DNA from: Sminthopsis crassicaudata | Lineage: Eukaryota | Direction of reading: 5' to 3' | DNA: 64,000 nucleotides | Assembly: GCF_048593235.1 (NCBI RefSeq) | Contig: NC_133617.1 | Location: forward strand, 683,778,958 to 683,842,957 | In this document: in pieces, positions 1 through 12,722 of the stretch | How positions within the stretch are numbered: the first letter of the stretch is position 1 | How the letters are laid out: the number at the start of each line of letters is the position of its first letter | Notes under the pieces: generated by a model | Told to the model about the DNA's origin: nothing | The model's database searches: none | The model's input: only the letters and a program-made list of their open reading frames with translations | Position numbers and translations under genes: made by a program

Positions 1-1749
1 CTTTTTTTCACTTCTAAAATAACTGACATATTCCTAATCTTTAAATTTTTCTATAACTATCTGATATCAATCTCTTCTATCAATATTCCTGGGGTGACTT
101 TTATTGGCAAAAAACATGAATTTCCAAATTGAGATGCAAAGAAATTACAGCAGCACAACATTTACCTAGCATTTTAGGGGCTGGAGATTCTGTATGAGTT
201 TATTTTTAAGATGCAATATAGTCAATCACAAAAACATACAACTTTATTCCTGGATAGGATCTCAGCTGCCTTCTAATCTAACTCATAAACCAAAAGAGAG
301 CCCCTAAGTCCCCATCATTCCCTCCCAATAAAAGCTTTTCCAGTCTCATCCTGAAGACTTTCATAGACTACAAGGCAGGCCCTTTTTTTTTTTTTACTAA
401 ATGAGCTACTTCTCATTTCCTGTGGTCTGGGAATCCATTTAACAGAGATCCACAAGAGTTGTAAACCAGCTTTGAATAAAGACTTCAATGGCTATTATAA
501 GAATAAGGTGCATAAGACTGGACTTTGAGCCCTCAGCTTACGTTAATCAGAAACATTTATGCTTAGTTCCTAGTTTTTGGCTATGTTTTAGATAGTTGAG
601 GTTGCCAGAGAATGACCTTTGAAATTAAACAGTTTGCCTGGAGAGATGGTAATAAGATCTAGTGAGAATAATCATTCTAAACGCTAATTGCTCCATATGG
701 TGCTGCAGAAATACAATCTAACTCTTTCAAATTAATATTCTTTTTAAAAAATTATAGTCTACATTAGATTTCCAAAAAGTATTTGCTTATTTATTTATTC
801 ACTATAGCTTCAAAACAGTTTTGAGAGGTAAAGTAGAGATGATTGTCTCAACTTGATAGAGATTAAATGATAGCTCTAAGGTGACAGAGAAAGTAATGGT
901 AGGCAACAATAATAATAATAAAATAGTTAATATAATAATAAAATAGTTAACATTTATATAGTGATTTGAGATAGGCAAAGCACTTTATAAAGATCTCATT
1001 AGAGCCTCAGTCAGTCCAGGAAAGGCGAGCAGGGCATGAGTATAGTTACTACAGACATTATAATTCCTATTTTCAAGATGAATAAACTGAGAATTAGAAA
1101 ATTCTAAATTGTACATCACATGAATCCAGGTCAGTTAAAATATCATTTTTCGCACTGTATAATACTGCCCTTTTTTCTTGATAGTAGGAGCAAACTAAAG
1201 AATACACAACAGAGATTGTATACATTGTATAATACATTCATACAAACTTTCCCTTTTCTGTGTCTGTCTCTTTCTTTAACGTCTTCGCCTTTTCATTCAT
1301 GTAGTATTTTCCAATACAAAAGAATGCACACACATAAAATATAAATATGTATATGCTCTTATTTATGTTTAAAATAACTCTCCAAGGTACAGAATGACAA
1401 GTATTGCTAGATTATAGGGTTTTTTGTTAAGACATACCTCTAAAAAACAACTCTTACTATAATCAATGTTATCAGAAATCAAAAAAGTAAATATTATCAG
1501 AAGTTAATAAAGTGAATTTGTTTTTATCAAATAGCAAATCTAAATTCCACAGAAATAATCATACTTTATGTAACAAATCTAAATCCCCCAGAAGTAACCA
1601 TATTTTATATAACACATGTACATAAACATACGTATATTTGTGTACTTGTATATATACAGATATACATATCTATATACCCATATATACCTGTATTTATATA
1701 GAATATTCCAAAAGTAAATCTCAGTGCACTTTTAAGCTAAAAACACTAT

Positions 1750-1865
1750 GTCTGTCTGTCTCCCACTCTTCCTCCCTCCTTCCCCCCCTCCCCACTGTGT
1801 GTCTCTGTCTGTCTGTCTCTCCCATCCTCCCCCTCCCTCTTCTTCCTCCTTCCTCTTCTCTCTGA
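1750..1865. repeat. CT/CTGT-rich low-complexity tract (similar GA/GACA tracts at 6880-6950 and 39365-39505)
   Basis: Visible simple-sequence composition. Confidence 0.85.
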
Positions 1866-2150
1866 AATGGATTTGAGATTTCACTGTGTCTAGGGAACTT
1901 TACCTCTGGGAGGACATTTATGACCAAAGGAAATTAGTCAGTTTGTGAGATGCTCCGGACTCTGAATTCTGCTCCCTATTGATGATCACACACTACTTCT
2001 CACTGTAAAAGCTATTATCTGCATGTCTATAAAAATAAAATACTACTTTTTCCTTCCCTTTCTTTTTCCCCCAAATAACAAACCAATTAATATTCAAAAA
2101 AACCACAAAAATAATCACTGGCTTAAGTCAGAAAGTAAAAAATTACTCAC

Positions 2151-2292
2151 CTGCTTACTAGCTGGTTGATTCTGAGGTAAAGAGTTTGTTGTGAGAACAG
2201 GAGAATTAGTGGGACTGCAAAGCTCAGGAAATGGATTTGGTATGGCAGGCAGAGACGAGGTTCTAAATTGCTGGTCTTCTTCTTGAAGGCGT
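2151..2292 (-). CDS. GRB10: GRB10 internal coding exon with the Grb7/10/14 proline-rich motif, 142 nt, phase 2 to phase 0
   Basis: Boundaries are tttctgtag|A CGC CTT CAA...AGT AAG CAG|gtgagt. Translation [47 protein letters not shown] contains the family motif [12 protein letters not shown]. The phase fits the 12200 exon. Confidence 0.98.
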
Positions 2293-3659
2293 CTACAGAA
2301 AAGGAAAATTTATCCATTAACAAATAAATATCTTAGCTCCTGAGAAATAAAGTAAAGATGATCCTCTTAGGAATACTGAGATAACACAGTCATTTATTGC
2401 CCATTCTATCCCACTCTATTCTCCTCCTGTTCCAACGTTTTCATCTCTCTTCATGCCTCTTGGAGTATTCCTTCCCTTACATTTCTTCTCAGTTGAGAAT
2501 CTGCCTCATATTTCTAGTAAGGCAACTCAAACTTAAATGATAGCTATTTTCATAAAGACTTTGGAATGTTATCTGCTGTACCCTTATGAATAGAATCTTG
2601 GGAACTGATTCTTAAATGCTCAGGGAATGTATATCTCTGTAAAATACTAAGATAACTTATTTCCTGAGAAAACTTGGATTGTTAATAAACATAGCAAGAG
2701 TCTAGGGGAAACTATACAATTAAATGTCATGGAGAAAGTCTATGAAGCACTACAATTAACTATTACAGAATGAATCAGTGAAGGACTTTACTATCATTTT
2801 TGAGGGAGTTTTGATGGCATTTTGAAAGAACTGAGTTAAACTCTTATTCTGTGGGAAAAAAATAATGATGAGAATTAGGACAAAATTTAAAAATACCTCA
2901 AAGGGTCAAGGTACATCAATTGAAGCAATGTACTTTTTAAATCATAAAACAAAGAAATAGGTTAAATTTATGATTTAAAAATAAAATCATAACATGGTAA
3001 ATGATTGCATTGTAGTTCAAACGTTATAGCCATTGACAGAAAAGTGATTGGCTGTAATCTTTTTTACATTGAATACATTGACAAAAGATTTATTTGTTTG
3101 TTTAGAAACTGTTTGGGATTTGGGGGTGGGGAATCAGGGAAGACTGACTTTCCTCATCTTGCCCAGACTGGAAGAACAGCTTCTATCCACAGGGCCAATC
3201 CCCCTGCTAATTGATGTAGAATCTTTGACCTAATCAATTTTTCTACATGGACCATTTTTTTTCTTTAAAACTATACAATGGACCACAAAACTGTATATGG
3301 TGTTTCCAGTTTAGAAACTGATTACTGGAAAGTTACTGATGATGACTTTCTTAAGGAATCTTGAAACCACTTCTATATGCTCAATATTCTTTATCCTTTT
3401 GGAAGCCATGGACTCTTTGGCCACACTTGATTTTAGTCCTTTGGTGTCCTGAACACGATTTGTATGTATCATTTACTAATTGTTTCAGATGCCACCTCCT
3501 ACATACCAAATATTCAGATCATATGTTCACAACTGGGATTGAGGAAGGGTTTTAGATGGATCATTCATGTATCAGAAAAACAGAACCACAGTAAATGCTG
3601 CTGATTGAATAATCACTGAAATCTGCCTGAAAGAGTAAAGAGTAAGGGGGTTCATCTTG

Positions 3660-3830
3660 TTCATCTGTAAATCTTGAACTTGCTTGCTAACTTGTCTCAA
3701 CTTCCTCAACTATAAAATGGGGATAATAATTGCACCTTCTTCTCAAGGTTATTGTGAAAATAATAATATTTGTAATCAACTTACAGACTTTAAAGTGCTA
3801 CATAAATACTAGCTATTATTATTTATAATT
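3660..3830 (+). mobile_element. MIR/CORE-SINE, representative of many copies (others near 14575-14715, 17935-18135, 28730-28850, 31545-31710, 34145-34335, 35285-35440, 52235-52370, 55660-55860)
   Basis: CORE motif cttcctcaactataaaatggggataataattgcacc...ggttattgtg...aaagtgctacataaat. Confidence 0.75.
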
Positions 3831-4160
3831 TCCCAAATTTACTTTCCCCCACTATCTGTCTTCATTCTTATGGTTTTCTCTTCTGTTTCATGATGTCTCA
3901 AAGAGCATTGAAAATTATTCTGGAGTCATACCAGCAAGTTAAACCAGTAACTTAATGTGTAATTTAGCCAGATTCAGAGGCTTGGACTAAAGTAAAATGA
4001 CTGAGAACTCTCTTACTATTTATCTCTTCATTTTATCTGGGTCACAATTCCTTCTCAATTTGATCTTAACCTTTTTCAAACTGAAGCTAGTTTTCTTATT
4101 GGAGGAAATAGAAGAATTTACAGGAGTTCAGTAGATCTACAATCTCTCTGTCATCTTTTT

Positions 4161-4300
4161 TCCCCCCTGAGACAATTGGGATCAAGTGACTTGCCCAGGA
4201 TCACACTGCCAGGAAATGTTGAGTGTCTGAGGCCATATTTGAACTCAGATCCTCCTGACTTCAGGGCTGATACTCTATTCACTATGCCACTTAGCTGCCC
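4161..4300 (-). mobile_element. Short tRNA/CORE-type SINE (WSINE1-like), full length with TSD
   Basis: Reverse complement begins GGGGCAGCTAAGTGGCATAGTGAATAGAG...GAAGTCAGGAGGATCTGAGTTCAAAT (Pol III A/B boxes). It is flanked by the direct repeat ctctctgtcatcttttt at 4144-4160 and 4301-4317. Confidence 0.85.
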
Positions 4301-4528
4301 CTCTCTGTCATCTTTTTTTTTTTTTTTTTTTTTTTTAATAGATGTTGACTACTTTTGTTTTTACATCAGACTCCCCTCTTCTTCCCTCCTTCTTGGGTCA
4401 GTCATCCCTTTTTAAAAAGTTTTTTTTTTTTTTTTTAAGAGGGAAAAATTCAGCAGAACTAATCAACATATCAACAAAAATCTGATGTTATAGAGAATAT
4501 GTTACACATATGTGAACTCCCACTTCTG

Positions 4529-5413
4529 ATTTTATTATTAAAACTTTTTATTTTCAAAACATATACATAGATAATTTTCAACATTCACCCTTGCAAAACC
4601 TTATATTCCACCAAATTTTTTCCTCCCTTTCCTCCATCCCTCTCCCCTAGATGGAAAGTAATCCAATTTATTTTAAACATTTTCAATTCTTCTTTACATA
4701 TTTCCACAATTATCGTGCTACACAAGAAAAATCAGATTAAAATGCAAAAAGAAAATGAAAAAAGAAAACAAAATGCAACAAACAACAACAAAAAGAGTGA
4801 AAATACTATGTCGTGGTCCACACTCAGTTGCCACAGTTCCCTCTCTGGGTGCAAATGATGCTCTTCATCACAAGATCATTGGAACTGGCCCGAATCACCT
4901 CATTGTTGGAAAGAGGTATGTCCATCATAAATTACCATTGTATAATCTTCTTGTTGCTGTGTACAATGATCTCTTGATTCTATTAACTTTACTTAGTATC
5001 AGTTCATGTCTCTACTCTCTGAAATCATCTTCTTGATCATTTCTTACGGACCAAAAATCTTTCATAACATTTATATACCATAACTTATTCATCCATTCTC
5101 CAACTGATTTCCTTGCCACTACAAACAATTTTTGCACATGTGGGTCCTTTTCCCTCTTTAAGATCTCTTTGGGATACAGGCCCAGTAGAAACACTGCTGC
5201 TTCAAAGGGTCTGCAGTTTTATGGTCCTTTAGGTATAGTTCCAAATTGCTCTCCAGAATGATTGGATCAATTCATAATTCCACCAACAATGTATCAGTGT
5301 CCCACTTTTCCCACATCCCCTCCAACGTTCATCACTTTTCCTGCCATCTTAGCCAATCTGAGAAGTGTATAATAGTACCTCAGAGTTGTCTTAATTTGCA
5401 TTTCTCTGATCAA
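4529..5413 (-). mobile_element. L1 3' end (ORF2 C-terminus remnant plus 3' UTR), 5'-truncated
   Basis: ORF-track 5012..5194 (LLGLYPKEI...GEWMNKLWYINVM) is a decayed L1 ORF2 C-terminus. The T-rich tail on the left fits a reversed marsupial L1 3' UTR. Confidence 0.9.
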
Positions 5414-5429
5414 CTATTATTTGAAACCC

Positions 5430-6110
5430 TCACTTCTATGAAGGAGCAAGGAGAGATGTCTTCTCACATTTCTTTGTTAAGATCATACATTTGTGCTTCT
5501 CAAGTACCTTTTCATGTTTCTCATAAATTCATTATGCTCAGATTTTTTCAAATTCTTACTGATATTTTTATTGCCTAAATTTCCCTCAGGATCTCTTCTC
5601 CCTCCCAATAAGTCATCCATATAAAAATAATATTCATCCATATAAAAATAATATTTAAGAGAGAGAAATAAATCAGCAGGAACAAATAATATGTTGAAAA
5701 AATATGAAAATATATGCAGTGTTTCACATCTGTGAACCTCTCACCTTTGCAAAAGAGTGAAGGTCTTCTTGTGACTTTTCTTTAGGGTTGCAGTTGTTCC
5801 TTATAATTTTACAACAATCTCACGTATTTTGTGATTTTGTTCCATCCATTTACATTGTGGTAGTGATTGTATGTATATTACTTTCTTGACTCTGCTTACC
5901 TTTGCTTTGCATAATAAGTTCATGTATCTCTCCATGCTTCACTGTATTTATCAAGCTCATTGTTAACAACAAAGTAGTATCTCATTATATTAATTTACCA
6001 CAATTTGTTTAGCCATTCCCCAATGGATGGGCAGTGACTTCATTTCCAATTCTTTGCTCCCTATGAAAAAATACTGCTAGAAGTATATATAAAGTGTATA
6101 TAATGATTCT
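5430..6110 (-). mobile_element. Older degraded L1 3' UTR fragments (related sequence also at about 4340-4528, 11090-11290)
   Basis: Reversed old marsupial L1 3' motifs (tttgtttagccattccccaatggatgggca; ccatccatttacattgtggtag). Confidence 0.65.
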
Positions 6111-6132
6111 ATTTTTGTCAGTTACCTCATTG

Positions 6133-6163
<31 letters not shown>

Positions 6164-9100
6164 CATATATGGACGTTCTACCTACTTTCTTTACATAATT
6201 CCAAACTGCTTTCTACAATTCATGACTACACCATTTTCTCAAATAAAGAAGCCTGTCTTTTCCTTTTTTTATACTATAAAGTGTATTAAAGGTCCCTCTT
6301 ATTGTCTTTAGCACTAGATATATATTCTATAAAATTATTACACAAATTAGATGAACTAAAATGTGTTTCTTTCCCTTTTTAGAGATGCACTTCGTGATCT
6401 AAAGTATATTTTAATTCTGTCATTTTTAGAGTATTCCTTTAAAAAAAAAAAAACCTATTTTGTTCTTCTAGTTTTAAAGGAGTTAGTCATAACAACCAGA
6501 AACTTTTGTTGTGTAAATAGATATGCTAATTTAAAAGTCCAAGATATCACAGGGAATGAATGAACTCAGTGTTGTGTAATTATGAAGGCCATTCTTATAA
6601 TGGCTTGATTATATGCCATTAAAGTTATTTTTAATTTTAACAAGCCTCATCCTTCCCATAACAGCTGTCACCTTGGTATAGAATCCAATTCAAGAATCTA
6701 ACCCTTGTTTAAGTAATAGATGACTTACTTATAAACCATATCCCTCTCTTCATACTCTGGCTTGGAGTACTCAGATTTAAACCCATAAGACAAATATGAG
6801 GTGGGGTTTTAGGGTAGAGTCCAAGACTCTGGGATTTTTTTTTATGTTCCATTTGTTCAAGAGAATGCCACTTTAGGAAAGAGAGAAAGAAGAAGAGGAA
6901 AAGAGATGGAGGAAGGGAGAAGAAAAGGGGAAGAAAAAAGGAGGGAAACTTTAGAATTTTACTGCTGTGGCTTTAAAATTATTGAAAGCTCTTATCCTCC
7001 ATAAACTACACTTTTTCTCTGTCTCTGTCTCTCTTTCTCTGTATGTATGTATGTAAATATATATATATATGTCAAAGATGTCATATATTGTTATATATCA
7101 GTTATTCATGAAGAGGACAATATTACAAATTATTGTGACTTGCTACAATGAAAAGATATCGAGGAGCTTATATAGTTGCTGTCCCCTATGATACAGTGAT
7201 TATTATTTTCAAATAAAATATAAAACAGTTTCTGTCATTCTCACATAGAGGAAATTTTGCTCATTATTCAAATGGAAGACAGATACCCATTTAAATAACA
7301 AGGGCACAACATAGAAAGATGACAATTTCTAAAGATTCAAAATTGCAGGTGGCCCAATGAGTAATGGAGAGAATCATGAGACATGCAAGCAGGATTTTGC
7401 ACATTACTAATATTATATTATCATCATATTTTATATATTTGCATACAAGAAACAGTACAGAAGATATTTAGAAAATAATTAAAAGATGATTAGAAAATAT
7501 GGGCCCATTGAAAAATAAGAGTAAGAACTAATGGACAGAGAGGATAATTTGGGTGCTGAGCAGGTAATTGTGGAAAATTAGAATATCTACATGAAAATCT
7601 CTAGCATGCTGCATATATCCTGTAAGGAAGATCTATGGGAGGAGATGACTGAGCATTGGACTGGATGGCAAGTATTATTAGACCAGTTACTGTTAATTCT
7701 ATTCAACAGGCTAATTGCATTAGTAAGAATATGGATCCATTGAAATATTTAAAAATAGACTGTTAAGATGCCCCTAATAAGGGGCACAGTTGAGACCCTA
7801 AATATTCTACAAAGTCAAGAAACAATACTGAAGGAATTGGATAAAGTTTAAAGGGGACAGAGAAAAAGAATGTACTTAGCTAAGTAGAATGATGTTGGAG
7901 TTGTCAGTATGATATTATTAAAATCTTGAAGTAGTTTCAGCAAAAAGTACTTCACTCAAATTGTTCATGGTTAGCAAGATTACAATATCATAGACTTTGA
8001 GCGAGAAAGGGCACTAGATACTAGTTAGTACAGATCCATCATTCCACAATGAGGAAACTGAGGAAGGCTGAGTAACAACCACAGTGACTTAAATAAGGAA
8101 TAAAAGAAGATGTTTGTTTCAAACAGGCAACTGCTAAAGCTTCGTGTCACTGTCTTTCTAACAAGATTCTCTGTGATGCTCCCTAAAGATTCACATGGAA
8201 AAATGTTTAAAAATTCGCATGTAAAAGAGTGTATAAACTCAGTATATACTAATATAAACTCACTATTGAAAAAAAAAAAACTATTGTGGAATCTCTCTGA
8301 AAACAAATGGTCATTCTACTTAGAACCTTGAATAAGTTGATTGAAAACTACTTTATAGCTTTTACACTGTTGATGAGTAACTGATAAGGTAATAATTTAA
8401 AATGTGGTTGCAAAACGAGAAGATAAAATTAACTTATTTAAAGAATGGTGAACAATTAACTCTATTTCAGGGACATTAACAGTGGCCAATAAAACTGCCA
8501 CAAGTAATAATAAAAATGTCTTGTGTTTTTAAAAAGCAAGAAATATGACAAATGGACACAACACACTTAGATCTAGAAAAAAAGAACAGAATTATAAGTA
8601 TAAACATTATATAATCAAATCTGAATAATAAACCATTACTACCCTTAAAAGAACCCACAAGCAACAAAAGTCGCATGTCACCCTGCCATCATGAAGATCT
8701 CAATGAAATAGAAATTAATGACTGTATCAATTCTAAATTATTACAGATCTTTCCTTTTTCATAGGGGAGGGAAAGTTTGACACAAAAAAAATATTTTAAA
8801 ACCATCATAAAATGCAAGGTGAATCAGAAATATATTAAATGGAAGGAGGGAACAGGCATTTGTTAAATACCAACTATGGTTCAGGCACTGGGTTAAATAT
8901 TTTCACAAATATTATCTGATTTGATCCTTACAACAAAGCTTAAAGGAAGTAGGTCCTCTGATTATTTCCATTTTAAAGTTGAGGAAATAGAAGTTTGTCT
9001 AGTAACTAGTCTAGTAATCACTACTAAATGTCTCAAGGGGCTTTCAACTCAAGTCTTCTCCACTGGAGAGCCAGTACTCTGCCCACTGTTGAAGGAGAAA

Positions 9101-9199
9101 TGGTCTAAGTACCAATTTGGGACTATTGTGGACTATCTGGGAAATTATCTAGATCAGAAGATGACAACAAAGTTTTTCTAATTTAAGTAAACATGTATT

Positions 9200-9390
9200 T
9201 TATGTTATTCTCCCCCTCCCCCCCTTGGCAATCTAATGAAGCTTATGGATCCTTTCTCAGAATACTTCTAAATGGATAAAATAAAATACATAGCACCACA
9301 AAGAAAATTCATCATATTGAAGTGGTTATTAAAATATTAATTTTTTTGATTCACCAATCCCAATTTGAAACTCCCTGGTTTAGATGGTAC
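9200..9390 (+). mobile_element. hAT-Charlie (MER-type) non-autonomous DNA transposon fragment
   Basis: ttggcaatctaatgaagcttatggatcctttctcagaata...aaaatacatagc resembles recalled MER/Charlie MITE internal sequence. Confidence 0.5.
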
Positions 9391-9687
9391 ATTAAACCCA
9401 GTGTATATCACATGACTACAAATTTCATACAATTATTATGTATTATCATCATTTAATGCTGAGATTGATCAAAATGTTACTCTTAGTTTTAGAAAGTATA
9501 GAATATTTATATAAGTTATAAGTGCTTTTTCTTAATTTAAGAAAGAGTGATACGGTCTTAGTGAAATTTACAAAAGGAAATGTTGCCATATTCCCAAACT
9601 ATAAGCCCGTTCTTTTCTGATTACAAAAATATCAACTGATTATCTAGATTGCTAACACTCAAGATATAAGATGGTTAGTATCTCAAT

Positions 9688-9810
9688 CAGAGGTTCTTTA
9701 CCCCAAGAAGTTTTTTTTTAATATCTCAAAAATTATTTATATTTAAAAACCTCACTGTAAGAAGGGGTCTCATAGGTTTCATCACACTGCCAAAGGAGGC
9801 CACATTCTAC
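9688..9810 (+). mobile_element. MER5A-like hAT-Charlie fragment (a similar copy at about 29290-29400)
   Basis: agaaggggtctcataggtttcatcacactgccaaaggagg resembles recalled MER5A gaaggggtccataggcttcaccagactgccaaaggggtcc. Confidence 0.55.
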
Positions 9811-10296
9811 ATGAAAAAGAAAAATTGAGATTTGAAAATTCCAGAAAAGATGAAACATGCAGGAAACTGTTGCCAAAAGGGGGAATGTAAACCCCTTCAG
9901 AATAGTAGCCATATTTTTACCTTTCTTTGCACCCTCAGTATTTACTAAAGTGCCGGGAACATTATAATGGATTAATAAATGCATGTTGACTCAGTATGTT
10001 TTGCTAAACTGAGGAAGCTAAAATAAAACTTCTGGGATGGTCATAGAAAGAAAATCTCTCTAAAAATTAGAACTATGTAAAAAGTAGAATTACATTCTTA
10101 GGGTGTCACAATGAGGATGTCCTCATTCTTTCTAGATGAACATTTGTTGAATAGATTTGAAGATGATTCTTCATTGTAGATAATGGCTTCTGAGAAACTT
10201 TCCAGTTCAGAAATTCCCTGTTTCTTATAAAAGATATTTTGAAGTAACTTGTGATTTTAACGATTATACTTGAATGTATCACTAATATCTCTAGAG

Positions 10297-10488
10297 CAGG
10301 GGGCCAAAAACCAAATTATACATAAGGATTTCTATAAGCCAGATATTGAAAACCTCATATTACTATTTTTTATTTATTTTTATTTACAATGTTAACTATT
10401 TCCCAAATGTATTTTTACCCTGTTTGGTTATACTTGGGGGAATACAGACAACAGCCCATGTATTTGCTAGTAAGATATTTGGCCCCTC
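10297..10488 (-). mobile_element. Marsupial hAT-like MITE, copy 1
   Basis: Reverse-complement copy of the element at 12562-12722 and 62399-63415, sharing the tatttcccaa...ttt core and the cataaggat / ggcccc motifs. Confidence 0.6.
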
Positions 10489-12199
10489 AATTCCTAGAGC
10501 ATTGTAAGGTTTGAAAGTGCTTAACTCACAACCTTGTGCACTAAAGTCACTGAAGCCAGTACCATCATCTTGGGGAAAAATATCATTTATTAAAACTGAG
10601 ACACCCTCTCAGAAGTAGGTATAAAAAACATTAGAGAATATAGGTTACATTCACAGTGTTAAAAAGAAACACAATTTGATACTCTACAAAATTCTTTCTA
10701 AGGAAAAATGTACCCTAAAAGGAAGTACAGAAAAACAAACAAGCATTGGTCACTTCAGTTAAACAAAGAACTAAGCTATGGCAAAAATCATAACAGGACA
10801 ATTCTCTTTTTTACTTCTACTATATTTCATTTTTCTTTGCTTTTTGGTAATTTTACTTATGTCTCTGGTTTTTATATTACAATAATTTATAAATTATTCC
10901 CATTTCACGAGGAGTTTCTTGTAACAAAATAAAACTATTACATAAAACTAATGTGGAAAAAAATAGTGTTTTTTTAGTGAATGACCATTTGTTGAACAGA
11001 TATGGAGATAATTCTTCACTGATATAATAGTAGACTAATCTGAAAGCAAAATTTCATACTTATAGCATTCTTTACCTCTCTTTTTAAAATCAAAAAATTA
11101 AAAAATATTTTCTCTCCTTCCACTCCCCACTCAATTGGAAAAAAAAAACTATACTTAAATATTCATAATCAAGCAAAACCAATATTCTTCCAATGGCTGT
11201 ATATACATCCTTTATTCCATACCTCAAATCCACCACCTCTCTGTCATGTATATCATGTTTCATCATTAATACTATGGAATCATGAATTCTAGCATCTACA
11301 AATAGAGTGTACCTAGTGGTTTTTGAAGTAAATAGTGGGTAAATACAACTGTCAACACCTAAAGAGAAGTAACTTGGATACCATAATTGAAGTAATTAAT
11401 ATCTAATAGACTGAGCCAGAGGATCAGGAAGCAAGAAGAAAGAAGGCTGTGGTTACTGAGGGGACACAAAGCAGCCCACTTATGCTTCCTAGCTCAAAGC
11501 CAGAAAATTATAAAAGAAAGTACAGTATATTTACTTGTGTACTAGTCACAGGTCCATTTATTGTTCCAGTCAAACCAGAATAAAATGCATGAAAATTATG
11601 TAATTTTCCAAGAAAAAAGCATTTACCTACAGTGTCAAAAGTTATAGTTTCATGGATAGAGAGTTGGGAGATCAAGAATACAACTAAGCATTCTGCTTAC
11701 TATCCAAAAGGTCAGTACTTATTATTCTATAGGTGGGAAGTTTTTCACATGTTTTTGCTCGTAAAAGGCATTATGGAAAGTAACAGCATCTCCTCAATGA
11801 TATCTACAGTCTAACCCCGTCATTTTATAGAGGAGGAAAGAAAGGAACAAAAAGGCATGCTTAAAACTATATTACTAATAAGCTTCTGGGGCAATTTTAA
11901 AATTTAGATACTGTTTTCATCCACTACATAAAACATCTCCCAATTTTAAAACCATTAGCAAAACAAACTAACAAAGTTTTACTATTTGTGATATATTTGC
12001 ATAGTCAAAGAAAAGTAAATAATTGGAAATATATATTTCTATCATTTACAAGTTAACCTACTCATCACATCTACACAAAGCAAAGGATAAAAATGAAAAG
12101 AGTAGATTCAGCATAATTTAACATGCAAAGTACAAGGGCTACTCACAATCCCTTCATTTAATAGACACAAGAACTCTTCAAGAAGCTTTCTTATCCTAC

Positions 12200-12419
12200 C
12201 TGACTGCTAGAATGTGCATGGGTTGAGAGCGCTGAACTTTTTGCTTCGGGGACGCTTGCTGCTGGAGGGCACTTGTTCCTGAGGTTGGCAACTGGCTACG
12301 GTTATGTTGACCATTTTGAAGGAGGGGGGCAGTTTCTGACTGCATGCTACATGTAGAATACAAACTTTCAAATGAGGAGTTCATGTCATTCACCAAAGCT
12401 TCCAAGTCCACATCGTCAT
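12200..12419 (-). CDS. GRB10: GRB10 internal coding exon, 220 nt, phase 1 to phase 2
   Basis: Boundaries are ttttcag|AT GAC GAT GTG...CTA GCA GTC AG|gtagga. Translation (D)[72 protein letters not shown](R) closely matches recalled human [39 protein letters not shown]...QRSQPVHILAVR. It corresponds to ORF-track entry 12196..12429. Confidence 0.98.
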
Positions 12420-12561
12420 CTGAAAACAAACAAACAAAAAAGTTGAAGGTGACAAATGACTGTTCATTCTGTGATGGAAGCCAGATCTTAGCAAGATCAT
12501 ACAGTAATTAGTAGTATAAGTAGTAATAATTCTGGACAGGTCAATTTTTCAGTGTTCTAGT

Positions 12562-12722
12562 CAAAAAGTGTCAACCATATGCTTGGCCATATGTATCCTG
12601 AACCAGATTAAAATGTAATTGGGAAATATCTGACAAAATAAAAATACAATTATATATAGATGACATACAAATTCTTACATATGATTTAGTGGCCCCAGTT
12701 CTATATAAATGTGACAACACTG
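12562..12722 (+). mobile_element. Marsupial hAT-like MITE, copy 2
   Basis: Degenerate termini aaaagtgtcaac ... gtgacaacactg, with internal ccagattaaaatgtaattgggaaata...tttagtggcccc. Confidence 0.65.

Larger units (their letters stand above)
2293..12199 (-). other. GRB10: GRB10 intron (9,907 nt, GT-AG)
   Basis: Donor gtagga at 12199 and acceptor tctgtag at 2293. The join AG|A gives Arg in frame. Confidence 0.95.
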
